Made by a program: the position numbers and the translations under genes. From an uncultured Bacilli bacterium (GTDB lineage: Bacteria; Bacillota_I; Bacilli_A; RF39; UBA660): 64,000 bases of DNA. The notes beneath the pieces are model-generated. The model was not told the DNA's origin. It did not search any database and saw nothing but the letters and a program-made list of their open reading frames with translations. Shown here in pieces: positions 36,965 through 46,175 of the stretch. The stretch covers positions 83,027-147,026 of the forward strand of contig CAKPKL010000002.1 of NCBI GenBank assembly GCA_934167485.1, given 5' to 3'. How positions within the stretch are numbered: position 1 is the stretch's first letter; each line of letters opens with the position of its first letter.

Positions 36965-36972
36965 ATTATACA
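36965..36972 (-). promoter_or_regulatory. extended -10 (TGTATAAT) upstream of orphan paralogue B
   Basis: The reverse complement of 36965-36972 is TGTATAAT, about 30 nt upstream of the ATG. Confidence 0.4.
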
Positions 36973-37003
36973 AAAAAAAACAAATAAAGTAAACAATTTT
37001 ACT
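36972..37003 (-). terminator. terminator after the YjdF-like gene
   Basis: AGTAAA-ATTG-TTTACT followed by TTATTTGTTTTTTTTT. Confidence 0.5.
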
Positions 37004-37017
37004 ATATTTGTTAATAA

Positions 37018-37611
37018 TTATAGTTCTTTTACAAATTTTTTTATAATCATATTTACATTTGATTTATATTCATATAAATAACTTATTGACACAAGTATTG
37101 ATCCTAGGAATGCTACTATCATGTCATCCATAGTATCACTAACACCTGTAGCTACTACTCTTTGTGGATCTACATTAAATAATATACTTGATAAATATTC
37201 GAAAAATTCCCAGAGACTTGCCGTCATAAGTGTAAATGATATTATAAATATTATTGAAAACATTATATTATTATTTTTTTTACACTTTACAAGGAAGAAT
37301 ATTGCTCCAAAAGCTGCTACTATTCCAGATAAGAAATGGGTAAATTTATCAAACCAAAATATCTTGCCATAAAAATTACATATGACACCTAAAAAATGAG
37401 ACATAAATATAAATATTATATAAATTAAATTTATTCCATCACTTATATTCCATTTAAATAGTTTTCTAGCTATGTAAAGAGCATTTATAGTAAGTATTAT
37501 TGAAATATCTTTTAATATGAACACCAAACTACTTTCTTTTGTAAATGCGATATTAAGTGAACAAATTATGGATGTTAATACTAATATTACATTAATTTTC
37601 TTTATCATCAA
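37018..37611 (-). CDS. polytopic membrane protein, YjdF/DUF2238-like
   Basis: 197 aa; FDKFTHFLSG and WEFFEY motifs. From memory. Confidence 0.45.
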   Translation of the reverse strand: MMIKKINVILVLTSIICSLNIAFTKESSLVFILKDISIILTINALYIARKLFKWNISDGINLIYIIFIFMSHFLGVICNFYGKIFWFDKFTHFLSGIVAAFGAIFFLVKCKKNNNIMFSIIFIISFTLMTASLWEFFEYLSSILFNVDPQRVVATGVSDTMDDMIVAFLGSILVSISYLYEYKSNVNMIIKKFVKEL

Positions 37612-38662
37612 TACTCTCCATTTCTACCTGATTTATACTATTAAATCTTTTTGTTATTTTATCAGTTGTTGTGTGTATATCTTTTACATCTTTACTTACT
37701 GTTTCTATACTTCTATATAATTTATCCCATCTATCTTTATATCTTTTAAATTCCTCATCTAATAACCTTAATTCACCATGTATTATTTTAGCAAATTTAT
37801 CTCTTTCGATATTTTTTATAATTATTTGAATAGTTGTAAGTGTACTAATAAGTGTTGTAGGACTTGTAATCCAAACTCTTTTTTTATATGCATATTCTAA
37901 TAAATCTGTATGATATGCATTAATTTCTGCAAATATTGCCTCTGCAGGTAAGAAAAGTATTGCTTGATCACTTGTTACACCAGGTATTATATATTTACTA
38001 CTTATAGCATCTATATGTTTTTTCATGTCTGTTTTAAACATTTTTTCAGCTTGAGTACGAACATCAACACTATTATTTTTATCTACCATTATTTGATAGT
38101 GTTCTAATGGAAATTTAGAATCAATTGCTATAGTTCCTAAAGGTTCCGGTGTAAATAAAACACAATCTGCTATAGTTCCATTACTAAAAGTATATTGTAA
38201 TTGATATATTTTAGTATTATTTTTACCAAATACATTAGATAAAATGTGCTCTAAATTAACTTCACCATATATACCTCTAGTTTTTTTATCTGTAAGTACA
38301 CCTTGTAATGACACTATATCACCAGATAGTGTATCTATCTTTTTTTGCGCTTCATCTATTTTAGATAATCTCTCTAATACATTTGTAAATGTTTTGTTAG
38401 TTTTCTCAAAATTTTCATCTAATCTTTCATTTACTTTATCATTAATAAGCCTCAATCTATTATCAAGTCTTTCTGTTTGATTGTTAAAATCTTCTGTCAA
38501 ACTATGCGAAAAATCATTTTTAAATTCTCCTATTTCTTTAATTAAACTTATTTCTAATTTATTTATTCTTTCATCTGTATTTTTAGTATTATTTTTACCT
38601 AATAAAAGTACTACAATTAATACTAAAATAACAATTAATAATCCCAATATTATATATTCCAT
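37592..38662 (-). CDS. rmuC: DNA recombination protein RmuC
   Basis: N-terminal TM, long coiled coil, then C-terminal ...AIDSKFPLE... nuclease-like domain. Confidence 0.88.
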   Translation of the reverse strand: MEYIILGLLIVILVLIVVLLLGKNNTKNTDERINKLEISLIKEIGEFKNDFSHSLTEDFNNQTERLDNRLRLINDKVNERLDENFEKTNKTFTNVLERLSKIDEAQKKIDTLSGDIVSLQGVLTDKKTRGIYGEVNLEHILSNVFGKNNTKIYQLQYTFSNGTIADCVLFTPEPLGTIAIDSKFPLEHYQIMVDKNNSVDVRTQAEKMFKTDMKKHIDAISSKYIIPGVTSDQAILFLPAEAIFAEINAYHTDLLEYAYKKRVWITSPTTLISTLTTIQIIIKNIERDKFAKIIHGELRLLDEEFKRYKDRWDKLYRSIETVSKDVKDIHTTTDKITKRFNSINQVEMESIDDKEN

Positions 38663-38718
38663 ACTATCACCATATCAATTATATCATATAACAAAAAAAT
38701 AAGATATAGTTAAATATC

Positions 38719-39006
38719 TTATTCACTTAATACCCATGCTTCATATCCTCCAGTTATATTAATTACATTATAATTTTGATTTAACAATATTTGACATAAT
38801 TTTCTACTTTGCATACCTTTTTGACAATATATGTAATATATTTCATTTTTATTTAAATACTTATCAGGTTTTATAAGTAATTCATTTAAGGTAATATTTG
38901 AAGCATTTTTTATATGTCCATTATTATAACTAGTATTACTTCTTATATCTATTAAATTAATATTATTTAAATTTTTTATTTCAGATATAGAAACACTTTT
39001 AATCAT
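38719..39006 (-). CDS. single-domain rhodanese-like protein
   Basis: 95 aa with active-site loop YCQKGMQSRK. Confidence 0.8.
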   Translation of the reverse strand: MIKSVSISEIKNLNNINLIDIRSNTSYNNGHIKNASNITLNELLIKPDKYLNKNEIYYIYCQKGMQSRKLCQILLNQNYNVINITGGYEAWVLSE

Positions 39007-39061
39007 ATAACCACCCTAGTACATTATATGATTATATTTAAAGTTAATAAATTTAATTAGT

Positions 39062-41134
39062 CTATTCGTCAAAGAAGAAATCATCAAAAAATTGGTCGTC
39101 CGTAATTCCCTTTTTATCCTTTTTCTCTTCTTCATAATGTTTATTTTCATCTATTGGTTCAATAAGTTCTGGTTTATTTTGAACTAAATTAGATTCAGCT
39201 TTTAATTTTTCTTGCCTTTCTTCTTCTTCAAGTTCCGCTATTTTAGCATCTATTCTTTTAACCAAATCATCTACATTGAATCCACCACCATTATTTGATG
39301 GTTTAGAAGGGGCAAAAGGATTAAATGGTGTATCTGAGCCTCCAAATGGCATAGGTGCTCTACCTCCAAATGGACTATCTTCTGAAGAGGAATTACCATT
39401 AAGCATTCCATTTATTTTTTCTTCTCTTTTCTTATTTACAAAATTCTTTAAATCAAATGTTTGAACAGGCGTTTTAGATCTTTGCGGATATGCTGCTTTA
39501 GGAAAATTATGTCCCCAATTCATTTGATAATTAGGAGTTAATTTTGTCTTAAATGGCATCGTTCTAAGTCTTAGTATTATTGTTTCCCATTGCTCTAATC
39601 TTTGTAAATCACTTACTGTTACAAGTGGTGTTGAAGATGTTTTTTCTTTTTCTTTTGATTTTACTTCTCCACACATTTTACTTATCTCTTCAAGAGCAGA
39701 TAATTCTGTACTTATTAGGTATACTATATTACCACAGTTACCTTTTATTGTTTCTCCATTTTCTTTACCATATACCTCATATAGTTGGGCAAAGTTTTGA
39801 ATTATAAATGTAAATCTTATATTTCTTGAACGAGCGGCTGTAACCATAGTTGTTACATCTTTAAGTGGTGGCATATTTGCAAACTCATCTAGGATAAAAT
39901 TAGTTCTATGATTTAACTTTCCACCTGATTCTTGCGCTACTGAAATAAGTGTTTCATAACATTGTTTTAAGAATATTGTTACTAATGAATGATAAGTAGT
40001 TTTTTCATCTTGTATAACAATAAATACTGCTGTTTTTTTTCTACCAATATCTCTCATATCAAAATCATTATTTGATAACATTTCTGATAGATTAGCACGT
40101 GATGCGAATAATTGTATTTTTTGCTTAAATACTGATAATATACTACCCTTTGTCTCACTTGGAGCCATTAAAGTAGATGAGGCTTTAGTATATGCTGTTC
40201 CACTTGGATCTTTATAACTAAAATAATCCTTTACATATGTTGTATTTGCAAGTTTTTCTTCCCCAACTGTAGTCATTAAACTAATACTATTTAAATTAAT
40301 TTCTTCTGGTTTTGCATCTTCAAACAAAGCACAAGCAAGACCTGCAAAATAGTCTGCAGAAGTATTTTCCCAGAACGGATCTTGACCTTTAGCTGATGGA
40401 TCATGAAGTATATTGGCAGCCAAATCCTCTAATAACTCTACTGATTTATCTATATTTCCATCTTTATATAACGAATAAGGTAAATACATAGGATTCCAAG
40501 CATTACCTTGTTGTGGATCACGGAAGTTTAAAAGTACTATATTGTATCCTAAACTCTTTAGATAGTTTGCTGTATTTTCATATATTTCACCTTTTGGGTC
40601 AGTAATTATCATAGATTCATCATGTTTTGCTAATAAATTTACCATAGGTAAAACTGTAGTTTGGGTTTTACCTGCACCTGTTGAACCTATTACTAAGTTG
40701 TGATATCCACCATTATCTACCCAAACTTTCTTAGGAGTCATTTTAAGTGGTATACCTGCTGCATCTGCTTTTGGTGACAATGGGTCTACTGGTTTTACAT
40801 CCAACCCATTTTCTATTTCTTTATCTTTAGCCCATCTTGCATAATTTTTTTCCTTCTTTTGACCTATAGTTAAACCAATACCTACATCGTCTTCTTTTTC
40901 TAAAAAGACAGATTTAACTCCGGCAAAAGCAGCTACAATACCAGCTATAAAAAATACCATTGTAGCAGCAAGATTTTTTAAAGAAAATCCTAAAAACAAA
41001 TTAATAGTAAACGATTCACCAGCTATAAATTCTGATACGTTTGCTACTGCGAGTGCTACAACACATAGCCAAACAAATGCAAATATACAGAATATTGTAA
41101 CGTCCTTTGCTTCAGCTTTAAATTTTAATTTCAT
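39062..41134 (-). CDS. T4SS coupling protein (VirD4/TraG family) with acidic-aromatic C-terminal tail
   Basis: Two N-terminal TM segments, Walker A VIGSTGAGKTQ, FILDEFANM Walker B region, 690 aa. Confidence 0.85.
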   Translation of the reverse strand: MKLKFKAEAKDVTIFCIFAFVWLCVVALAVANVSEFIAGESFTINLFLGFSLKNLAATMVFFIAGIVAAFAGVKSVFLEKEDDVGIGLTIGQKKEKNYARWAKDKEIENGLDVKPVDPLSPKADAAGIPLKMTPKKVWVDNGGYHNLVIGSTGAGKTQTTVLPMVNLLAKHDESMIITDPKGEIYENTANYLKSLGYNIVLLNFRDPQQGNAWNPMYLPYSLYKDGNIDKSVELLEDLAANILHDPSAKGQDPFWENTSADYFAGLACALFEDAKPEEINLNSISLMTTVGEEKLANTTYVKDYFSYKDPSGTAYTKASSTLMAPSETKGSILSVFKQKIQLFASRANLSEMLSNNDFDMRDIGRKKTAVFIVIQDEKTTYHSLVTIFLKQCYETLISVAQESGGKLNHRTNFILDEFANMPPLKDVTTMVTAARSRNIRFTFIIQNFAQLYEVYGKENGETIKGNCGNIVYLISTELSALEEISKMCGEVKSKEKEKTSSTPLVTVSDLQRLEQWETIILRLRTMPFKTKLTPNYQMNWGHNFPKAAYPQRSKTPVQTFDLKNFVNKKREEKINGMLNGNSSSEDSPFGGRAPMPFGGSDTPFNPFAPSKPSNNGGGFNVDDLVKRIDAKIAELEEEERQEKLKAESNLVQNKPELIEPIDENKHYEEEKKDKKGITDDQFFDDFFFDE

Positions 41135-41152
41135 TATCTCACCTTATTCTAA

Positions 41153-41632
41153 TTACTTATCATAATTTGTTATATCTACAGTATAATCATCTAAATATAC
41201 CTTATAATTCATCACACCATTTGTCACAATTATAAACAAATTGTTATTTTTGTCAGTAATATAATATTTCTGACCAGATATCTTATATGTACTTATTGAA
41301 GAAATTGTTGGATAAATTGTATTTACATAATTTACAAAACTATCATAACTTGGAAATTTAATATTTCTATAATTTTCATCTAGCATATTATAAGCTTTTA
41401 AAGTATCAGTCGAAAGAATAGAAATATAATCATTTAAATAAATGGTACATAACTCCTGCTTGCTAATATTAAAACTATAATATTCATTCGCTTCATACTT
41501 TTTAGGAGTTACTGGTAATTTACTTACATCAATAATTCCTTCGCTTTTTTTAGCAGTAAAATAATCTATAAAAAACAAAGATATAATTAAAACTATTAAA
41601 ACTATAATTACTATACTTATTTTTTTATTCAT
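41153..41632 (-). CDS. N-terminally anchored extracytoplasmic protein (candidate VirB8/TcpC-like component)
   Basis: 159 aa, one TM plus a ~125-aa domain. The function is positional inference only. Confidence 0.35.
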   Translation of the reverse strand: MNKKISIVIIVLIVLIISLFFIDYFTAKKSEGIIDVSKLPVTPKKYEANEYYSFNISKQELCTIYLNDYISILSTDTLKAYNMLDENYRNIKFPSYDSFVNYVNTIYPTISSISTYKISGQKYYITDKNNNLFIIVTNGVMNYKVYLDDYTVDITNYDK

Positions 41633-41634
41633 AT

Positions 41635-42135
41635 CTATCCCTCAAAAATTTCTCCATCATATGGTTCTATACTAAAAGTCATATTATTTGTATATAAATA
41701 AACTATAAAATAATAATTTTGACTTTGACCTACACTATCCATTAATTCTTGTCTATATGTTCCATAAACATAATACTTATAAATACTTTTATCTAATTGT
41801 TGATAATACATTTTTCTAGATGAAAAAACATCATTGAAATCAAATTTTTTTATATAATTAAATATATTATCTTGTGATATATTATTTTCTTTTATATATT
41901 CACTGTTAATTATATTAATTAAATTATCATAGTCATCATTCTGTGAATAAGTTATATATTTGTCTATACATGAAGAAACTTCAAAAAATTTATTTTGGTC
42001 TGTAACTATTTTTATTGAATTATCAATAGTATCTTTTTTATTATAAAAAGATACTATCTTAATAATCATTACAATAATTAAACCAATTCCCAATAAAATC
42101 AACATTATTTTTTGATTTTTATCTATTTTATCCAT
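41635..42135 (-). CDS. N-terminally anchored extracytoplasmic protein (candidate VirB8/TcpC-like component)
   Basis: 166 aa with the same architecture as the neighbour. Confidence 0.35.
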   Translation of the reverse strand: MDKIDKNQKIMLILLGIGLIIVMIIKIVSFYNKKDTIDNSIKIVTDQNKFFEVSSCIDKYITYSQNDDYDNLINIINSEYIKENNISQDNIFNYIKKFDFNDVFSSRKMYYQQLDKSIYKYYVYGTYRQELMDSVGQSQNYYFIVYLYTNNMTFSIEPYDGEIFEG

Positions 42136-42146
42136 TATATCACCTT

Positions 42147-43577
42147 TTAATATCCAAATATTTTTTGTCTTAAATTCAATTTGCCTTGCATTTGAAAAAT
42201 TGTATATCTAGATTGTTCCCAAGCCGTAACACGTGTACCTGATGCATGTTCTCCACCTGCATTTAAGCACTTTTCTACAAACTCTTGATGAGTTGAATAT
42301 ATTGTTTTTACGCCAGCACGATCTGGATCCATATAATAATATCCTCCAGCTCCGGAACTACCATATTCATGTTTTCCTAAGCTTGAATATATCATTTGCA
42401 TTCCAGCATATGTTCCAGGTAGTCCTATACCATTTAAATCTGCACCTGCAGCCTTTCTTGATTCATATGTTGACTTAATAAAATTAGCCATTGAACCACC
42501 TTCTTGATATCTTGCAAGTACTCCAGCATATCCTCTTACACCATCTGCAACAGATGAATATCTAGGACCAGCAGAACATCCCTTACCATTAGTTATTCCT
42601 ATACCCCAAAAGTTATTTGTAGTACCACAATTTTTAAAAGCCTGTTCCGTTCCAGCCGTAACTACTGCAAGTTCTGGGTTAACTCCGCTAGATATTGCAG
42701 CATCATATATTTCTTTAGCTTTTGCTGCAAAATTACTACAAAAACTAGCATTATTTGACCTATTACAATAATCATTCATTTTAGCAACAAATTCTTCTTT
42801 AGTTAAATTTGTAGTTGTTAATGAAAACCCATCAACAGATGATATTATAGGTCTTGGATCATCTGCTTTTACATAATTTAGTGGATTTAATTCTGATCCT
42901 TTACTTCTGCTAGTACGGATTTCAAAATGAAGATGTGGTCCCGTTGAGGAACCAGAATGTCCAAGTTTACCTATAACTTGTCCTCTTTCTACTGCATCAC
43001 CAGCCATTACTGTTATTGAATCTTTAGCTAAATGAGCATAATAAGTATAGTTACCATCTGGGTGTTGTATAATTACATAATTGCCATATCCTCCACCATC
43101 TGTATTTCCATAATATCCATTATCATTAAAAGATGTTTGAGATTTATTAGCAGGATATACTACTACTCCTGAATTTGAAGCTACTACATTATCATAATTA
43201 GCAGCACCTGTACTACTTCCAATATCTAAACCTTTATGTGCTGAATTTCTAAAACTCTCTTCACTATTAAAATCAGAAGTAATCTTAATTGTACTAGGAC
43301 TACCTTTAGCAAATAATTTACCATTTTCCTCAGTAGTCTCTAAACTTCCTATTGGCCACCAATATGCTATATTAATAGCTTCTTTTACTTCTACTACAGT
43401 TTCTTCTTGTTCTCCAGCTAATTCTTCATATTGGTCTTTAGCATCATATATCTCTCTCATCATATCTCTAACCCCTCTTTTATTTTCAGGGTTTACATAA
43501 TCATAAGCACTTACACTATATACAAATGAAAATAATGTTATAAAAACAACAATAAAATTTATATATTTTTTTAACAT
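42147..43577 (-). CDS. secreted bifunctional peptidoglycan hydrolase: M23 peptidase plus glucosaminidase/FlgJ-like domain
   Basis: Start at MLKKYINF (AGAGGTGA SD). M23 motifs HKGLDIG and GPHLHFEIR. C-terminal ...GTEQAF...NNFWGIG. Confidence 0.8.
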   Translation of the reverse strand: MLKKYINFIVVFITLFSFVYSVSAYDYVNPENKRGVRDMMREIYDAKDQYEELAGEQEETVVEVKEAINIAYWWPIGSLETTEENGKLFAKGSPSTIKITSDFNSEESFRNSAHKGLDIGSSTGAANYDNVVASNSGVVVYPANKSQTSFNDNGYYGNTDGGGYGNYVIIQHPDGNYTYYAHLAKDSITVMAGDAVERGQVIGKLGHSGSSTGPHLHFEIRTSRSKGSELNPLNYVKADDPRPIISSVDGFSLTTTNLTKEEFVAKMNDYCNRSNNASFCSNFAAKAKEIYDAAISSGVNPELAVVTAGTEQAFKNCGTTNNFWGIGITNGKGCSAGPRYSSVADGVRGYAGVLARYQEGGSMANFIKSTYESRKAAGADLNGIGLPGTYAGMQMIYSSLGKHEYGSSGAGGYYYMDPDRAGVKTIYSTHQEFVEKCLNAGGEHASGTRVTAWEQSRYTIFQMQGKLNLRQKIFGY

Positions 43578-43595
43578 TATATCACCTCTTAACAA

Positions 43596-44252
43596 CTATA
43601 TTTTATTTTCTTTTTTCTTTTTAAAACTAACATAATAAATAATAATTCCACCTACTATAATTATAAAACTAGGAATAATTATATATAAATATTTAAAATA
43701 ATTTGTATAATCTGATTCACTAAACTCAATCATTATATGATTATCTCCACCTCTTGTTAAATTCCATATATAAGAATTCCCATCTTGTTCTATAGAATTT
43801 GTTGAAATAACTTTATGATTGGTAGTAAAAATAAATTTTACAGTATCTAAATTATCATAATAATCAAAGCAATTAAAATTATTTCCTGTATCTATACTTA
43901 TAATATCATCTGATACTGTAATTGAATAATTTGTATAACATTGATTTAAAATAGATAAACCTTTAATATCATCAAGAAGCATTGATTTATTATACTCTAC
44001 ACCTAATTTATTATCATCACTTAAAGATTTAACACTATAATCTTCTTTTGAAAATTCATCTTTAGTTAACAGTGATTCAAATGATTCTCTAAGTGTCCAT
44101 CCAGATTCATCTTGAATATCAAATTTTGATTTATCATACTCTAATAAAGTTAATTTTTCCTTTACATTTGGGCCATTTACACTTACTTCATACTGTGCTG
44201 AACAACCACATAAAATAAACAATCCAATAAAAAATATTATTAATTTCTTCAT
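43596..44252 (-). CDS. lipoprotein with C-terminal TM anchor
   Basis: Lipobox FILCGC, 218 aa, hydrophobic C-terminus. Confidence 0.65.
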   Translation of the reverse strand: MKKLIIFFIGLFILCGCSAQYEVSVNGPNVKEKLTLLEYDKSKFDIQDESGWTLRESFESLLTKDEFSKEDYSVKSLSDDNKLGVEYNKSMLLDDIKGLSILNQCYTNYSITVSDDIISIDTGNNFNCFDYYDNLDTVKFIFTTNHKVISTNSIEQDGNSYIWNLTRGGDNHIMIEFSESDYTNYFKYLYIIIPSFIIIVGGIIIYYVSFKKKKENKI

Positions 44253-44258
44253 ATCACA

Positions 44259-46157
44259 CTAATCCTTTTTTTCATATACAACAACACTATAAACTTTGTA
44301 GTAATCATATAGAGATGTCATATTTGTTCCTGCTGGATCCATTATATAAATATCTCCTGTCGATGAATCAACATAATCAAGAGCAACATAATGATGAGCA
44401 GATTTTCTACCTTTTTTACCCACATGCAAAATGAAATAATACTTATTTGAATCATAACTTGAAATTTTACTTGCCAATGATGATTTACTCATCCCTACTG
44501 TAGAAAACTCTGTTTGTTTTATGAAAAAAGGCGCTAAATTTTTAACACTTCCCCAGTATAATCCACCACCACTTGTAAAACTAAATTTTTTAGCAGCTAT
44601 TCCTGGATCTAAAGAATCAGTTGTAATCGCAGTACCACTTCTAGCTATTTGAATTGATAAGGATGTGACTAAACATCCAATACTACACATAGTTCCACCT
44701 GGATTACCTATTTTTTTATTACTCCAGCTTTGTTTACATTGTGTCCAACTTCTAAAACTACCAACAGCAGCAGTGCCACTATTATTTATAGGTGGATTAT
44801 CTTCTTCTATTGATGTATCTTCATCTAAAAAATATTTTCTCTCTAAGAATTGTTTTAAAAACTCATCATATTTATTACGATCTAATAAATAGCCTAAATC
44901 TTCGGTTTGATATGTTTCTCCTTCTGCACATGTTATACTTTGAATACCTATTTCTGAATCCTTTAAAACATGTTCTTGTGTCCTAACACCAGATTCATTT
45001 TGACAATACTCATTTACTTGCTTAGATACCATATGTTGTGCGAGAAGTTCCATATCGTGTTGACTTTTAGTACTACTTAACTTATAATTACTCCAATCAT
45101 AATCATAAGCAAATTCAGCAATTGGTTTTTTCCTTGCTGTTTTTGCTCTATCTTCTTTAGTTAGATTGGAACTAAATATAACATTCATGTCATCAGATTG
45201 CATATTTAGTGTAGACATTAAAAGTGGTAAATCAAGATAAACTCCATAATCATCTCTATATGTAGTATATAAGTTATACATTTTAAAGAAAAAATCATAT
45301 ACCATATTCTTATCATAATCTTTACCATACTCACTAATAGTTGGATAAAAATCCTCTAATGAATCCAAATCAGCTTCGTTATATTTTCTTCTTAAATATT
45401 TTGTAGTTTTTGTTGAATCTAGTTTTAAACTCTTAAATTTATTAGAATTTGGTTCATATATATCTACATAAGCATATAAATTTGTATTATCTATATTATA
45501 ATTTATAGCCTCTTCTCCAGATTTATCTTCATCTACTGCATTTACATCATTTGATTTTTTATTAATTTTACCTTCAGCATCCTTTTCTGAAATAGAATCA
45601 GCATGTCCTAATTTTATTGAATTCAAAAAAATCATAGATGAAGGAATTATCATAGCAAGTATCATAAATGGAATTAATGAACCTAACAAAGCTATTGATA
45701 GATATTTAACAACTTGGTAAGTCATCTTAAAGCTTGAACCTCCACCATCAGATGTTTGCTCTTCTACTTGTTTTTGACCTCCACCCATTAATTTATCAAG
45801 TGCATTGAGTGCAAAATTTTTCTTTTTTGCATTTGATATTACCTTTTGACCTAACTCACTATTAACAGCTTTATCTGCTAGTGGTTTTGGTACACCAAGA
45901 GATTGTACTCCCTTAGATGCCAGTTCATTAGTTGCTTTGCTATTACTTGTATTAGGTCTTTTTCTTGGCATATTTAATTTTTGTTCCGCTGAAGAACTAT
46001 TAGAAGGACTATTATTTAAAGTGCTATTTCTATTATTATTTAAATTTTTATTATATGATTTTACCTTTTCTTCTAATCTTTTAGCTTCATTTTGGGCACT
46101 TAAATTCTTAACATAATTTTCTTTATTATTTTTTAAGAATACATCTTTATTATTCAT
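44259..46157 (-). CDS. bitopic protein with C-terminal papain-fold (C39-like/CHAP-like) cysteine peptidase domain
   Basis: Hydrophilic N-terminus, TM around residues 150-180. C-terminal Q..W...GGTMCSIGCLVTS ... HHYVALDYV ... IMDP. Confidence 0.55.
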   Translation of the reverse strand: MNNKDVFLKNNKENYVKNLSAQNEAKRLEEKVKSYNKNLNNNRNSTLNNSPSNSSSAEQKLNMPRKRPNTSNSKATNELASKGVQSLGVPKPLADKAVNSELGQKVISNAKKKNFALNALDKLMGGGQKQVEEQTSDGGGSSFKMTYQVVKYLSIALLGSLIPFMILAMIIPSSMIFLNSIKLGHADSISEKDAEGKINKKSNDVNAVDEDKSGEEAINYNIDNTNLYAYVDIYEPNSNKFKSLKLDSTKTTKYLRRKYNEADLDSLEDFYPTISEYGKDYDKNMVYDFFFKMYNLYTTYRDDYGVYLDLPLLMSTLNMQSDDMNVIFSSNLTKEDRAKTARKKPIAEFAYDYDWSNYKLSSTKSQHDMELLAQHMVSKQVNEYCQNESGVRTQEHVLKDSEIGIQSITCAEGETYQTEDLGYLLDRNKYDEFLKQFLERKYFLDEDTSIEEDNPPINNSGTAAVGSFRSWTQCKQSWSNKKIGNPGGTMCSIGCLVTSLSIQIARSGTAITTDSLDPGIAAKKFSFTSGGGLYWGSVKNLAPFFIKQTEFSTVGMSKSSLASKISSYDSNKYYFILHVGKKGRKSAHHYVALDYVDSSTGDIYIMDPAGTNMTSLYDYYKVYSVVVYEKKD

Positions 46158-46175
46158 TTAAGCACCTCCTAAATA

